Shown here in pieces: positions 22,489 through 35,995 of a stretch of DNA of 37,865 nucleotides. Position numbers and translations under genes: made by a program. Where the stretch lies: the sequence record DRR378314_1024; one strand, 5' to 3'. Below the pieces are notes generated by a model that had not been told where the DNA came from, made no database searches, and worked only from the letters and a program-made list of their open reading frames with translations. Each line of letters begins with the position of its first letter. Within the stretch, counting starts at the first letter, position 1.

Positions 22489-24555
22489 TTACTGAAGCAA
22501 AGAAATATCCGCTATTTCTAAGAACAGCTGACGCAAGCGGAACAGCAAGTTGAGGCGGTTAATTCGGACTTTATCGTCGTCGGCATTGACCATGACATGC
22601 TCAAAAAACGCATCCACAGGCTCTCTAAGCTCTGATAAATGCGTGAGAGCGTCACTGTATTTACCATCAGAAATAAGTGGCTTAACAGCGCCTTCCGTTT
22701 GTTTAACCAAACGATAAAGTGTTGTTTCAGACTCATCCTGTAGAAGAGCTTCATCCACGTTACCGGATATCTCTTCGTCCGATTTTGCCAGGATATTACC
22801 CACCCGCTTATTGGCTGCGGCGAGGCTGGCAGCAGAATCCATAGACTTAAACGACTGTACCGCTTTTACTCTTTGGTCGAAGTCCGTTGGCTTAGAAGGT
22901 GAACGGGCAAGTACCGACTGAATAACATCCACGGAAATGCCCTGATCCTGATACCAGGGACGAAAACGACCGAGTAGAAAATCGAAAACATCAGTAGCGA
23001 CAGTGTTATTCGATAGCTTGTCACCAAAGCCTTCGACGGATGCCGCTAACAGTTCATGTAAGTCTAATGAAAGCTTACGTTCTACCAGAGTACGCAGCAA
23101 ACCAAGAGCGGCGCGGCGCAGAGCGAATGGGTCACGGTCACCTTTAGGTACCTGACCAATACCGAATATACCGACCAGTGTGTCGAGTTTGTCCGCTAAA
23201 GCGACGGCACAAGCCTCTTTAGTTAAAGGCAGTTCGTCACCGGAAAAACGAGGCCAGTAGTGTTGTTCTATTGCTTCAGCAACAACCGGGCTTTCGCCAT
23301 CGTTCAAGGCATAGTGTTTACCCATAACGCCCTGGGTTTCAGGGAACTCAGAAACCATATCGGAAACCAGGTCAGCCTTGCACAGCAAACCTGCTCGTTC
23401 TGATGCTTTTACGTCGGCAGTTAACTGGTTTGCAATTTTCCCTGCTAACACCGATATACGACGAGCTTTGTCGCCAATACTGCCCAGTTGTTTTTGGAAC
23501 AGAACAGAGTCCAGCGCAGCAACTCGTGATTCCAGAGTCACCTTTTTGTCAGACTCAAAGAAAAACTGTGCATCCGCCAGGCGAGGGCGAACGACTTTTT
23601 CGTTACCTTTAATGATCTGCTGAGGGTCACGGCTTTCAATATTGGTAATGAAAATAAACTGTGGCAGTAAGTTACCTTTGCCATCTTCTACCGGAAAGTA
23701 ACGTTGGTCGTCTTTCATGGTAACGATAAGCGGCTCTTTTGGTACCGCGAGGAAACCTTGATCGAAACTGGCTGTTAAAGCTACCGGCCATTCCACCAGG
23801 GCTGCAACTTCCTCAACTAACTCGTCATCCTGAATAACCTGGCCGCCGAGTTCTGAGGCAAGACGTGATACTTCCGACTGAATGGTTTCAATACGCTCTT
23901 CGAAGTTAGCGATCACTTTCGCTTCACGGAGCTTAGATAAGTAGTTGTCGACATGATCGAGCTCAAAACCTTGGGGCGAATGGAAGCGGTGACCTTGAAT
24001 AAAACGGGCACTCTTAGTTTCCAGGATTTCAGCGTCAATCAGTTCGCTGCCCAGCATGACGGTTAGCGTGTGCACAGGGCGAATAAATTGCGCGGTGCTG
24101 TCACCCCAACGCATCGGTTTCGGAATAGGCAGAGCTTTAATTGCTGCTTCCAAGATACCCTGAACTAAGACAGATAGCGCCTGACCTTTTACTGTCGCCT
24201 TATGCAGTAACCATTCGCCTTTATCTGTTTTAAGGCGGTCAGCCTGCTCTACAGTAATGCCGTTGGAGCGAGCCCAGCCTTCGGCAGCCTTAGTCGGTTT
24301 ACCTGAGTCGTCAAAGGCCACATTCACTGCTGGCCCGCGCTTCTCGACTTCTTTATCCTGCTGTTCGGTTTCAACTTGTTTCACCAGAACGGCTAGTCGG
24401 CGAGGGGTTGCATACGCCTCGATGCTATCAAAACTGAGTTCTGCGTTTTTTAAGCCTGACTCAATACCCGACTTTAAGCTGTCACGCAGCGACTTTAAGG
24501 CTTTTGGAGGAAGCTCTTCAGTACCTAACTCAATTAATAAGTTTTCTTTTTGCAC
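22489..24555 (-). CDS. glyS: Glycine--tRNA ligase beta subunit
   Basis: [40 protein letters not shown]. Confidence 0.97.
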   Translation of the reverse strand: MQKENLLIELGTEELPPKALKSLRDSLKSGIESGLKNAELSFDSIEAYATPRRLAVLVKQVETEQQDKEVEKRGPAVNVAFDDSGKPTKAAEGWARSNGITVEQADRLKTDKGEWLLHKATVKGQALSVLVQGILEAAIKALPIPKPMRWGDSTAQFIRPVHTLTVMLGSELIDAEILETKSARFIQGHRFHSPQGFELDHVDNYLSKLREAKVIANFEERIETIQSEVSRLASELGGQVIQDDELVEEVAALVEWPVALTASFDQGFLAVPKEPLIVTMKDDQRYFPVEDGKGNLLPQFIFITNIESRDPQQIIKGNEKVVRPRLADAQFFFESDKKVTLESRVAALDSVLFQKQLGSIGDKARRISVLAGKIANQLTADVKASERAGLLCKADLVSDMVSEFPETQGVMGKHYALNDGESPVVAEAIEQHYWPRFSGDELPLTKEACAVALADKLDTLVGIFGIGQVPKGDRDPFALRRAALGLLRTLVERKLSLDLHELLAASVEGFGDKLSNNTVATDVFDFLLGRFRPWYQDQGISVDVIQSVLARSPSKPTDFDQRVKAVQSFKSMDSAASLAAANKRVGNILAKSDEEISGNVDEALLQDESETTLYRLVKQTEGAVKPLISDGKYSDALTHLSELREPVDAFFEHVMVNADDDKVRINRLNLLFRLRQLFLEIADISLLQ

Positions 24556-24567
24556 GCTCTGCTCTCC

Positions 24568-25488
24568 TTAGTTCGCTGCTGGTTTGTTTTTATCGTCGGC
24601 TAAAGGGAAGCCAAGAGCTTCACGCGTCTGGTAATAGACTTCGGCAACGGCTTTTGCCATGGTTCTGACGCGAAGTATGTAGCGCTGTCTTTCGGTTACA
24701 GATATCGCGTGTCTGGCATCGAGCAGGTTAAATGCGTGAGATGCCCGCATAACCTGCTCGTACGCGGGTAAAGCCAGAGACTTCTCTATTAACAGCTCAC
24801 ATTCTTTTTCGCAGTCGTCGAAGCGGCGGAACAACACGTCAACATCGGCATATTCAAAGTTGTACGTCGATTGCTCAACTTCGTTCTGATGGAAAACATC
24901 CCGATACAAGATCTTACCGCGCGGGCCGTCGGTCCAGACCAGGTCGTAGATGCTGTCCACGCCCTGAATGTACATAGCTAAACGCTCAAGGCCGTAGGTG
25001 ATTTCTCCGGCCACGGGGCGACATTCGATACCGCCTACCTGCTGGAAATAAGTAAACTGAGTGACCTCCATACCGTTAAGCCAGACTTCCCAGCCCAGAC
25101 CCCAGGCACCCAGAGTAGGCGATTCCCAGTTGTCTTCTACAAAGCGTATGTCGTGAGTTAGTGTGTCAAAGCCCAGCATTTCTAAAGACCCCAGATAAAG
25201 CTCCTGAATGTCCTTAGGCGATGGTTTCATAATGACCTGAAACTGATAATAGTGCTGTAGGCGGTTCGGGTTTTCACCATACCTGCCATCGGTCGGGCGG
25301 CGGCAGGGTTGCACATAGGCAAAACTGGCTGGCTCCGGGCCTAATGAGCGCAGAAAGGTCATTGGATGAAAGGTACCCGCACCAACCTCCATATCTAGTG
25401 GTTGAACCACGGCACAGCCTTGCTGAGCCCAGTAATCCTGAAGAGCAAGAATAAGCCCCTGAAAGGTTTTCACATCGTACGTCGACAT
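24568..25488 (-). CDS. glyQ: Glycine--tRNA ligase alpha subunit
   Basis: [43 protein letters not shown]; start at ATG 25488 (or 25494), since the longer ORF overlaps tag. Confidence 0.96.
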   Translation of the reverse strand: MSTYDVKTFQGLILALQDYWAQQGCAVVQPLDMEVGAGTFHPMTFLRSLGPEPASFAYVQPCRRPTDGRYGENPNRLQHYYQFQVIMKPSPKDIQELYLGSLEMLGFDTLTHDIRFVEDNWESPTLGAWGLGWEVWLNGMEVTQFTYFQQVGGIECRPVAGEITYGLERLAMYIQGVDSIYDLVWTDGPRGKILYRDVFHQNEVEQSTYNFEYADVDVLFRRFDDCEKECELLIEKSLALPAYEQVMRASHAFNLLDARHAISVTERQRYILRVRTMAKAVAEVYYQTREALGFPLADDKNKPAAN

Positions 25489-25581
25489 ACGCATTCTCTG
25501 CTTTGTTATTTGTGGTTGACCGAAGGTCGAAAAATATGCGTAGATTATACCCTCTGAATCGCCTTGGTTATAGGGGAAGGC

Positions 25582-26181
25582 ATGACAAATAATCAGCCAG
25601 AACGGTGTTCCTGGTGTGAATCTGCTGACGACTACCGCGCTTATCATGACAATGTGTGGGGGCGTCCGGTAAGCGACCCGATAGAACTTTTTGCTAAATT
25701 GTGTCTGGACGGGCAGCAGGCGGGACTCAGTTGGTTAACTATTCTGCGCAAACAGAGTGGTTACGAGAAAGCCTTTTTAGGCTTTGACCCACAAGCTATT
25801 GTGGCTATGAGTGACGCTGATCGTGAATTGTTGTACAGCAACCGTGATATTATCCGTAGCAAGGCCAAAATTGATGCCATTTTTACTAACGCTGAAGCGT
25901 ATATAAGGTTAGAAGAAAAGGGCGTTAAGTTTGAGCGGTGGCTGTGGGAGTTTGTAGGTGGCTCACCGATTATTAATGCGTACTCGACGCAAAGTGAGAT
26001 CCCAACAGAAACAGAAGCTTCCCAAAGCATGGCAAAAGCGTTAAAAAAGGAAGGCTTTAAGTTTGTCGGACCGACCATTTGCTATGCTTTTATGGAAGCA
26101 GTTGGTATGGTGAACGACCATGTTACTAGCTGTCATTGCTATCAGCCTGTTGCTGACCAAATGAAACAGTTTACGTTGTAA
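25582..26181 (+). CDS. tag: DNA-3-methyladenine glycosylase I
   Basis: [45 protein letters not shown] at 25582 follows GGGGAAGG. Confidence 0.93.
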   Translation: MTNNQPERCSWCESADDYRAYHDNVWGRPVSDPIELFAKLCLDGQQAGLSWLTILRKQSGYEKAFLGFDPQAIVAMSDADRELLYSNRDIIRSKAKIDAIFTNAEAYIRLEEKGVKFERWLWEFVGGSPIINAYSTQSEIPTETEASQSMAKALKKEGFKFVGPTICYAFMEAVGMVNDHVTSCHCYQPVADQMKQFTL

Positions 26182-26182
26182 A

Positions 26183-26689
26183 ATGAGCGAAGGAAGAATG
26201 ATAGAAATTACTCTTGCGGACTATAGCAACCCCAAACACCGTAATGCCGTTATTGCTATGTTAGATGCTTATGCCAAAGACCCAATGGGTGGTGGTGAGG
26301 GCATATCAGATGACGTTAAAGAAAGCCTGATAGACGAAATGGCAAAACGAGACCATGTCTTTTCTTTGCTGGCGTACGATGGTGACACTCCGATTGGCGT
26401 TGCAAACTGTGTAGAAGGCTTTTCAACCTTCGCAGCAAAACCGTTAATGAATATTCATGACATAGCCGTCATTCCAGAGTACCGGGGACAGGGCGTTGCG
26501 CGTAAACTTCTTGAAGAAGTGAAAACACTTGCAGAGTTCCGCGGTTGCGTGAAGCTGACACTGGAAGTGCTTGAGAACAATGACCGGGCGAAAAAAGCCT
26601 ATGAGAACTTCGGCTTTGCACCTTATGAATTAGGTGACGTAGGTCAGGCCGAGTTTTGGGAAATGTACTTGAATAAAGACAAAGCCTGA
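26183..26689 (+). CDS. GNAT family N-acetyltransferase
   Basis: NIHDIAVIPEYRGQGVA acetyl-CoA motif, LTLEVLENNDRAKKAYENFGF; alternative start at 26198. Confidence 0.88.
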   Translation: MSEGRMIEITLADYSNPKHRNAVIAMLDAYAKDPMGGGEGISDDVKESLIDEMAKRDHVFSLLAYDGDTPIGVANCVEGFSTFAAKPLMNIHDIAVIPEYRGQGVARKLLEEVKTLAEFRGCVKLTLEVLENNDRAKKAYENFGFAPYELGDVGQAEFWEMYLNKDKA

Positions 26690-26706
26690 CATCTAAGCAT
26701 CAGGCT
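26683..26706. terminator. Hairpin between the convergent GNAT and tusA genes
   Basis: AGCCTGA-N10-TCAGGCT with weak T-tracts. Confidence 0.35.
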
Positions 26707-26707
26707 A

Positions 26708-26947
26708 TTAATGAGATTTCCTAACCCAGTAGCGGTAGGGGATTTCTTCGGTTTCAGAACCAACCAATTCATGCTCCATAAACTCGCAAAAGCCCGGAAT
26801 ATCCCGGGTTGTTGCGGGATCATCCGCAAAAATCAGCAATACCTCTCCAACCGACATTTTGCGAATAGCCGCACGAACTAACATTACGGGCTCTGGGCAT
26901 TTAAGGCCTAAGGTATCGAGTTCTTTGTCGCAGTTAATCTGGGTCAT
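26708..26947 (-). CDS. tusA: Sulfur carrier protein TusA
   Basis: [13 protein letters not shown] (CPxP), [22 protein letters not shown] 26947 preferred over TTG 26959. Confidence 0.93.
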   Translation of the reverse strand: MTQINCDKELDTLGLKCPEPVMLVRAAIRKMSVGEVLLIFADDPATTRDIPGFCEFMEHELVGSETEEIPYRYWVRKSH

Positions 26948-27012
26948 GACTTCTTTCAAAGATGTTAAGCGAAATTGCCGAGTAGTTTAACACTTTCGCG
27001 CTTAATAGGTGA

Positions 27013-27166
27013 GGGGGAGTGATGGATTGCGCCGCTGTTTGTTGGCGGGAAAGACTCAGAAACTGTCTGCAGCCATGGATGGCTGCAGTCAAGCCCCCAA
27101 GGATGGGTTCGCGGCGTGTTTCTGAGTCTTTCCTGACAATAAAAAGGGGCGAGCCTTCGCTCCCCC
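27013..27166. repeat. Nested palindromic extragenic element (REP/MITE-like; resembles the Xanthomonas sX9-type repeat)
   Basis: Perfect 16-bp inverted repeat 27048-27063/27118-27133 enclosing the hairpins CTGCAGCCA-TGGA-TGGCTGCAG and CCCA-AGGA-TGGG; outer imperfect inverted repeat 27013-27022/27157-27166. The family name is from recall only. Confidence 0.7.
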
Positions 27167-27167
27167 C
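27141..27167 (-). terminator. Rho-independent terminator of fadBA
   Basis: Minus strand GGGGGGAGCGA-AGGC-TCGCCCC-TTTTT, about 50 bp after the fadA stop. Confidence 0.6.
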
Positions 27168-27216
27168 TTCCTCTGAGCAGTTAAAGTGTTAAACCGCCCT
27201 AATTTTTCTGTTTCTT

Positions 27217-30557
<3,341 letters not shown>

Positions 30558-30636
30558 CTTGGGTCTCCCACGACTTCCATTAATTTGTTGCTATAAAGAA
30601 ACTGATTCTGCTATAGCTTTGGGTTAAGGTAGACAG

Positions 30637-30665
30637 AGTTTGGCGCGAATACGCCAATTTTTCAA
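30637..30665 (-). promoter_or_regulatory. Putative fadBA promoter
   Basis: TTGAAA-N17-CAAACT on the minus strand, 5 bp from the PsrA-type site. Confidence 0.4.
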
Positions 30666-30670
30666 CGGTT

Positions 30671-30690
30671 ATTTAAACATGCGTTTGAAT
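30671..30690. promoter_or_regulatory. PsrA (TetR-family) type operator
   Basis: ATTTAAAC-ATGC-GTTTGAAT, one mismatch from the palindrome ATTCAAAC-N4-GTTTGAAT; upstream of fadBA. Confidence 0.75.
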
Positions 30691-30692
30691 CA

Positions 30693-32642
30693 ATGAAAAA
30701 GCAGTCGTTTATCATACGTTACAGTGCGCCATTGTTTTTCGTGTTGTTCCTGCTAAGCAGTGGTGCGGTTCAGTCTGAACCTGTTGATACAAAACAACGG
30801 GAGCAGCAGCGTGAGCTATTCAAAAAAGCGGAGTACGCGGCTAAACGTGGCCGCTTGGGCGAATACCGGCTATTACTTGAAAAGCTGGAGGGTTATCCTT
30901 TAGTGCCGTATCTGGAATTGGCCCGGCTGGAGCAAGTTGGATATCTGGCCAATGAAGACCGCGTGCTGGATTTTCTCGAAAAGTATGAAAAGACTCCCCT
31001 CGACTGGCAATTAAGACAACCCTGGCTTACCTATCTGGCGGGACAAAATGAATATTCACGCTTTATTCGGGATTTCCGGCATCCGGGAACCCTAACTCAT
31101 CGTTGTCAATTTATAGAGTCTCAACGTAAAACGGGTTTGGGGGACGGGCCTTTTAGGCGGCAGGTGGATGCTATCTGGAAGCATGGATTTTCGCTTCCGT
31201 CGGCTTGTGACCCTATTTTGGACGAATGGACGAAGTTGGGTGGGCGCACCGAAGAAAAAGTGTGGGAACGATTGGAATTGGCTGCTGAACACGGTAACCC
31301 GACTCTGCTCCCGTATTTAACCGACTTATTACCTGAGTTACAGCAGTATCTTGGGGAGTTTTATCATAAAGTGAGGTACTCACCGGCTGCCATTGAAGAC
31401 GGCTCCTGGTACAAAGGGCGCTACCCTGGAAAAGAGGCACAAATAGTTACCTATGCTTTAACCAAGCTGGTTTGGCGTGATGAAAACATTGCTCTGCGAA
31501 GCTATAAAAAGCTGAGTTCACAACTGCCCTTTACCGAACAGCAAGAGGGCCGCATCGCCGAAGAATTTGCTGTTGCGTTAAGCTTAAACTCTCATCCCGA
31601 AGCCCGTGTGTGGCATGATCGCGTTCCGGTAACCGCGCTAAATGAACGGGTTTTACAGTGGCGTTTGGCTATTTATCTTAAGGACAAAGATTACGAAGGC
31701 CTTAGAGACGCGATTCAAAGCTTGCCGGTTGCCATTCGGCAGGGTAACCAGTGGCGTTACTGGCTGGCTCGTTCACAGGAGGTAACCGGTAATGCTTTGG
31801 CCGCACAAGAGCTGTATGAAGATTTATCAGATGAGCGACATTACTATGGTTTCCTGGCGGCTGCGCGGTTGCAAAAGCCGGTGAGTCTTGAGCAGGAGAA
31901 ACTTGAAGTCAGTGTTGTTCAGCTTGAGCAAATTCGTAATCATCCTAGCGTGCAACGTGCATACGAATTGATTCAATTGGAGCGGTGGGTCGACGCCCGG
32001 CGCGAATGGAACCATTTATTAACACAGCTTGATGGCGAAGAGCAGAAAGTTGCGGCATATCTGGCGAGCGAATGGGGATGGCACGATCAGGCGATATGGA
32101 CCTTAGCGCAAATAGGGCACTTTGACGCTGTGGGCATTCGTTTTCCCTTAGCCTACAAGGATATACTAGGGCGGGCGTCACAAGCCGCAGGAATAGATGA
32201 GAGCTGGGCTTTAGCTATTACGCGCCGGGAAAGTAACTTTCGGCACGACGCGTATTCAAGTGCTGGTGCAAGGGGACTAATGCAGATTCTGCCTGGTACT
32301 GCAAAGCAACTGGATACTAAGAATAATAGCTGGCGGCGGTTGAATGACCCTGCCGTCAATGTGCGTCTGGGTACTGACTATTTAAGCCGGTTGAAACACC
32401 GCTTTGAGAATAATTGGTTATTAGCTACGGCAAGCTATAATGCAGGCTACTATCGAGTTAAAGAGTGGTTACCTGACGAGCCTGTTGCTGCCGATGTGTG
32501 GGTCGAAACCATTCCGTACCATGAAACCAGAGATTATGTAAAAGCAGTATTGAGTTATCAGCAAATTTATAGGATGTTGGGTGGTAACGAGGATAATTTG
32601 TTTGAGCAAGTTGTTGATATGAGAATTGTTGATACTGAATAA
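30693..32642 (+). CDS. slt: Soluble lytic murein transglycosylase (Slt70-like)
   Basis: Signal peptide, YPLVPYLE, RHYYGFLAA, catalytic RRES, GARGLMQI, ASYNAG, ETRDYVK. Confidence 0.9.
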   Translation: MKKQSFIIRYSAPLFFVLFLLSSGAVQSEPVDTKQREQQRELFKKAEYAAKRGRLGEYRLLLEKLEGYPLVPYLELARLEQVGYLANEDRVLDFLEKYEKTPLDWQLRQPWLTYLAGQNEYSRFIRDFRHPGTLTHRCQFIESQRKTGLGDGPFRRQVDAIWKHGFSLPSACDPILDEWTKLGGRTEEKVWERLELAAEHGNPTLLPYLTDLLPELQQYLGEFYHKVRYSPAAIEDGSWYKGRYPGKEAQIVTYALTKLVWRDENIALRSYKKLSSQLPFTEQQEGRIAEEFAVALSLNSHPEARVWHDRVPVTALNERVLQWRLAIYLKDKDYEGLRDAIQSLPVAIRQGNQWRYWLARSQEVTGNALAAQELYEDLSDERHYYGFLAAARLQKPVSLEQEKLEVSVVQLEQIRNHPSVQRAYELIQLERWVDARREWNHLLTQLDGEEQKVAAYLASEWGWHDQAIWTLAQIGHFDAVGIRFPLAYKDILGRASQAAGIDESWALAITRRESNFRHDAYSSAGARGLMQILPGTAKQLDTKNNSWRRLNDPAVNVRLGTDYLSRLKHRFENNWLLATASYNAGYYRVKEWLPDEPVAADVWVETIPYHETRDYVKAVLSYQQIYRMLGGNEDNLFEQVVDMRIVDTE

Positions 32643-32653
32643 GGCGATCCAAT

Positions 32654-34012
32654 ATGACTGCGACAGCAGATTTGTGGCCGTTGTTTCCTGACCATATAAA
32701 GCAGCTTCAGACTCGTGCTGAACGACTTTTTAAACGAGAAAATTTAGATTTACTTGCCATTCATTCGGGCCAGCAAAAACGTTGGTTTTTGGATGATATG
32801 AACTATCCGTTTCGTGCGAATCCTCACTTTAAGGCTTGGTGTCCGGAAACTCAGTTGGCTAATGTCTGGGTTATTTTAAAGCCGAACACCCGGCCAACCT
32901 TAGTTCTATTAAGTTCTCCAGATTTTTGGCACACGACAGCAAGCCTCGAGGGAGCTCCTTGGTTAGAAGAGTTCCACGTGGAACACATCAGTTCACCAGA
33001 GGCCATTGAAAAACTGCTTCCTTACGATAAGAAAAATGCAGCTTACCTTGGTGAACATATTGAGGTTGCCAAGGCTTTGGGCTTTGAAAATATAAACCCA
33101 GACCCCGTGCTCCACTTCTTTCATTATCATCGTTTGTTTAAAACCGACTATGAAATTGCCTGTTTGACCCAGGCAAACCATATTGCGGCTGAAGGCCATA
33201 TTGCGGCCGCTGACGCCTTTTTTAACGGTGAGTCGGAGTTTGATTGTCTGCTGAAATATATGGCGGCTACTCGGCAAGGGCAGAACGAAGTGCCTTATAA
33301 TCACATTATTGGACAAAATGAAAACGCCAGTGTTTTGCATCACTGGATGCCTGATAAAAAAGTTTCAGGCTCGCTTAAGTCGATGTTGGTTGATGCGGGT
33401 GCTGAGGTTTGTGGTTATGCCGCCGACATTAGCCGTACCTGGTCTAAACAACATAATGAATACGAAGAGCTGATAGCTGCACTTGACCAAATTACATTGG
33501 CTTTAATTGATAAAATGAAGCCGGGCGTTGAATTCCCGGCGCTGCACCAGTTGGCTCATGAACAAATTGCTAATGTGCTTTTTGCTTTTGGTTTTGTCAG
33601 TTGCAGTCCTGAACAAATGATTGAAGACGGAATAACCACGGTATTTCTTCCGCATGGCTTAGGGCACCCCTTGGGCTTGCAGGTACATGACGTTGGTGCT
33701 GCGCAGGCTGATGAAAGAGGCACGCCGATAACGCCACCTAATGGTCACCTTACGCTAAAAACCACTCGTACCGTAGAGCCCCGACAGGTTTATACCATTG
33801 AACCCGGAATCTACTTTATTGAGCCTTTGCTGCAGAAATTAGCGAATTCACGCAATAAGCATTTAATTAACTGGCGCAGAGTGGATGAGTTTAAACCCTT
33901 TGGTGGAGTGCGAATCGAGGATAATATTGTGGTTTACCGCGAGCGAAATGATAACCTTACACGCCGAACCACATTAGATGCTTACGTGAAAAAGGTTACC
34001 CGTCTTGCATGA
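32654..34012 (+). CDS. pepQ: Xaa-Pro dipeptidase (prolidase, PepQ/OPAA family)
   Basis: FLDDMNYPFRANPHFKAW, DAGA...YAADISRT, PHGLGH.LGLQVHDVG, TIEPGIYF, GGVRIEDN. Confidence 0.93.
   Translation: MTATADLWPLFPDHIKQLQTRAERLFKRENLDLLAIHSGQQKRWFLDDMNYPFRANPHFKAWCPETQLANVWVILKPNTRPTLVLLSSPDFWHTTASLEGAPWLEEFHVEHISSPEAIEKLLPYDKKNAAYLGEHIEVAKALGFENINPDPVLHFFHYHRLFKTDYEIACLTQANHIAAEGHIAAADAFFNGESEFDCLLKYMAATRQGQNEVPYNHIIGQNENASVLHHWMPDKKVSGSLKSMLVDAGAEVCGYAADISRTWSKQHNEYEELIAALDQITLALIDKMKPGVEFPALHQLAHEQIANVLFAFGFVSCSPEQMIEDGITTVFLPHGLGHPLGLQVHDVGAAQADERGTPITPPNGHLTLKTTRTVEPRQVYTIEPGIYFIEPLLQKLANSRNKHLINWRRVDEFKPFGGVRIEDNIVVYRERNDNLTRRTTLDAYVKKVTRLA
32970..32985. promoter_or_regulatory. parS: parS site (15/16) inside pepQ
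   Basis: AGTTCCACGTGGAACA. Confidence 0.75.
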
Positions 34013-34622
34013 TCAGGATTACGACATTCCGGCTTCGGAAACGGAAGTCGAAATAGAGGTTAAAGGCAGCCGCTTTATTGCGTGCCTGGCACATACAGCA
34101 AACGTCGACAGCGCATCAGAGTTTCTGGCCGTGATAAAAAAGCGCTGGCCTAAGGCCTCTCACTATTGCTCTGCGTCGCTTTTTTCAGCACCTAATAACA
34201 GCCAGAGTATGGCCTACAGCGACGACGGAGAACCCTCGGGAACAGCGGGGCGACCTATGCTTATGGCGCTACAAAATAGCGGCGTCGGCGAGGTTACCGC
34301 TATAGTCGTGCGATATTTTGGTGGGGTGAAATTGGGAACGGGCGGACTTCAGCGAGCCTATACCGACGCGACAGTCGCCGCATTAGCTGAGCTTGAAAAA
34401 GAGCAAAGGGTTTTTAAACAACGCTTTCAGTTAAACTTTGCTTATACCGACCAGGGCGATGTTGAACCGCTTTTGCTTGAGGCCAATGCTGAAACGGAAT
34501 CTTCGGAGTACGAGGAAAGTGTGCGGCTTAAGGTGTTGCTACGCCCCGTGAATGTTGGGGCGCTGCAGAAGAAGCTACAAGCTGCCACCCGTGGCCGGGT
34601 GCAGTTAAAAGAACTGGACTAA
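34005..34622 (+). CDS. yigZ: YigZ/IMPACT family protein
   Basis: [42 protein letters not shown]; follows pepQ. Confidence 0.92.
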   Translation: MHDQDYDIPASETEVEIEVKGSRFIACLAHTANVDSASEFLAVIKKRWPKASHYCSASLFSAPNNSQSMAYSDDGEPSGTAGRPMLMALQNSGVGEVTAIVVRYFGGVKLGTGGLQRAYTDATVAALAELEKEQRVFKQRFQLNFAYTDQGDVEPLLLEANAETESSEYEESVRLKVLLRPVNVGALQKKLQAATRGRVQLKELD

Positions 34623-35995
34623 AAGAACATAGCACTTGGCTGGAAGACTTTTTCAACCTGATCAATGTACTTTTTATCCAGCAAGAAAAGAATCACGTGG
34701 TCGTCGGAGTGAATGATGGTTTCACTGTGCGCCATAAGCACTTCTTGTCCCCGGACAACCGCACCAATGGTGGTTCCCGGCGGAAGCTTGATATCTTTAA
34801 TGGCTTTACCCACCACTCGGGAAGTGTCTTCATCACCATGTGCAATTGCCTCAATAGCTTCGGCTGCACCTTTTCTAAGTGAGTAAACGTTAACAATATC
34901 GCCACGGCGTACGTGAGTTAGTAGCGCTGAAACAGTCGCACGTTGCGGTGAAATGGCAATATCAATTTCGCCTCCCTGCACCAAGTCAACATAGGCGCTA
35001 CGCTGAATGAGCACCATAGTTTTACGGGCGCCCATACGTTTAGCCAGCATGGCTGACATAATGTTCGCTTCGTCGTCGTTGGTAACCGCAATAAACACGT
35101 CGATGTCTTCAACGTGCTCTTCTTCCAGCAACTTTTGGTCGGACGCGTCACCGCGGAAAATTAAGGTATGCTCAAGGCTTTGCGAAAGCTCTTCCGCGCG
35201 GATTTCTGATTGCTCTATTAGCTTAACCCGGTGATCAACTTCCAATTGTTTCGCCAGACCGGCACCAATGTTGCCGCCACCAACAATCATTATTCTGCGG
35301 TATTTGTCTTCCAGCTTTTGCAGTTCCTGCATTACGGTACTAATGTGGCGAGTATCAGCGATGAAGAAGACTTCATCATCGGCTTCGATGATTGTGGTTC
35401 CGGTAGGGCGTATAGGCTTACCCTGACGATAAATAGCCGCAACCCGGGTGTCAATATTGGGAATATGTTCCCGCAGTGTTGAGATAGCATGGCCAACGAG
35501 CTTTCCGCCGTAGTAGGCCTTTACCGCGACCAGACTGGCTCGTCCGTTGGCAAATTCCATAACTTGCAGTGCGCCGGGGTAGTCAATAAGCCGACGAATA
35601 TAGCTGGTTACCAGTTGTTCCGGTGAAATGATGTGGTCAACTGGCGCATCCTGATTGTGAAAAAGCTGGTCTTTATAGCGGATGTACTCTTCGGAGCGAA
35701 TTCTGGCTATTTTCTTTGGCGTATTAAATATGGAATAAGCAACCTGACAGGCAATCATATTGGTTTCGTCGCTGTTGGTTACTGCAATAAGCAAGTCGGC
35801 ATCGTCGGCACCCGCGCGGCGTAAAACATCAGGGTGCGCTCCGTTACCAACAACGACCCGCAGGTCATACTTATCCTGCAAATCGTCCAGTAAATCGTTG
35901 TTGGTATCAACTATGGTGATATCGTTACGTTCGCCAACCAGATTTTCTGCTAATGTGCCGCCAACCTGGCCAACACCGAGTATGATAATTTTCAT
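34619..35995 (-). CDS. trkA: Trk potassium uptake NAD-binding subunit
   Basis: [12 protein letters not shown], second RCK motif IVGGGNIG, 458 aa. Confidence 0.97.
   Translation of the reverse strand: MKIIILGVGQVGGTLAENLVGERNDITIVDTNNDLLDDLQDKYDLRVVVGNGAHPDVLRRAGADDADLLIAVTNSDETNMIACQVAYSIFNTPKKIARIRSEEYIRYKDQLFHNQDAPVDHIISPEQLVTSYIRRLIDYPGALQVMEFANGRASLVAVKAYYGGKLVGHAISTLREHIPNIDTRVAAIYRQGKPIRPTGTTIIEADDEVFFIADTRHISTVMQELQKLEDKYRRIMIVGGGNIGAGLAKQLEVDHRVKLIEQSEIRAEELSQSLEHTLIFRGDASDQKLLEEEHVEDIDVFIAVTNDDEANIMSAMLAKRMGARKTMVLIQRSAYVDLVQGGEIDIAISPQRATVSALLTHVRRGDIVNVYSLRKGAAEAIEAIAHGDEDTSRVVGKAIKDIKLPPGTTIGAVVRGQEVLMAHSETIIHSDDHVILFLLDKKYIDQVEKVFQPSAMFF

Noticed and set aside
25489..25647. 53-residue N-terminal extension of GlyQ
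   Set aside because: It overlaps the divergent tag gene and a TATAAT element (25544-25549, minus strand); homology starts at [11 protein letters not shown].
25690..25740. Tag with Asp (LCLDGQQ) in place of the E. coli Glu (ICLEGQQ)
   Set aside because: A conservative change that I recall in other marine gammaproteobacterial Tag proteins; the Zn ligands are intact.
27013..27167. Outer inverted repeat acting as an antiterminator or riboswitch for fadBA read-through into tusA
   Set aside because: The competing arm is transcribed about 120 nt after the terminator, so it cannot pre-empt it. tusA also has its own extended -10 candidate (TGTTAAACT, 26984-26992).
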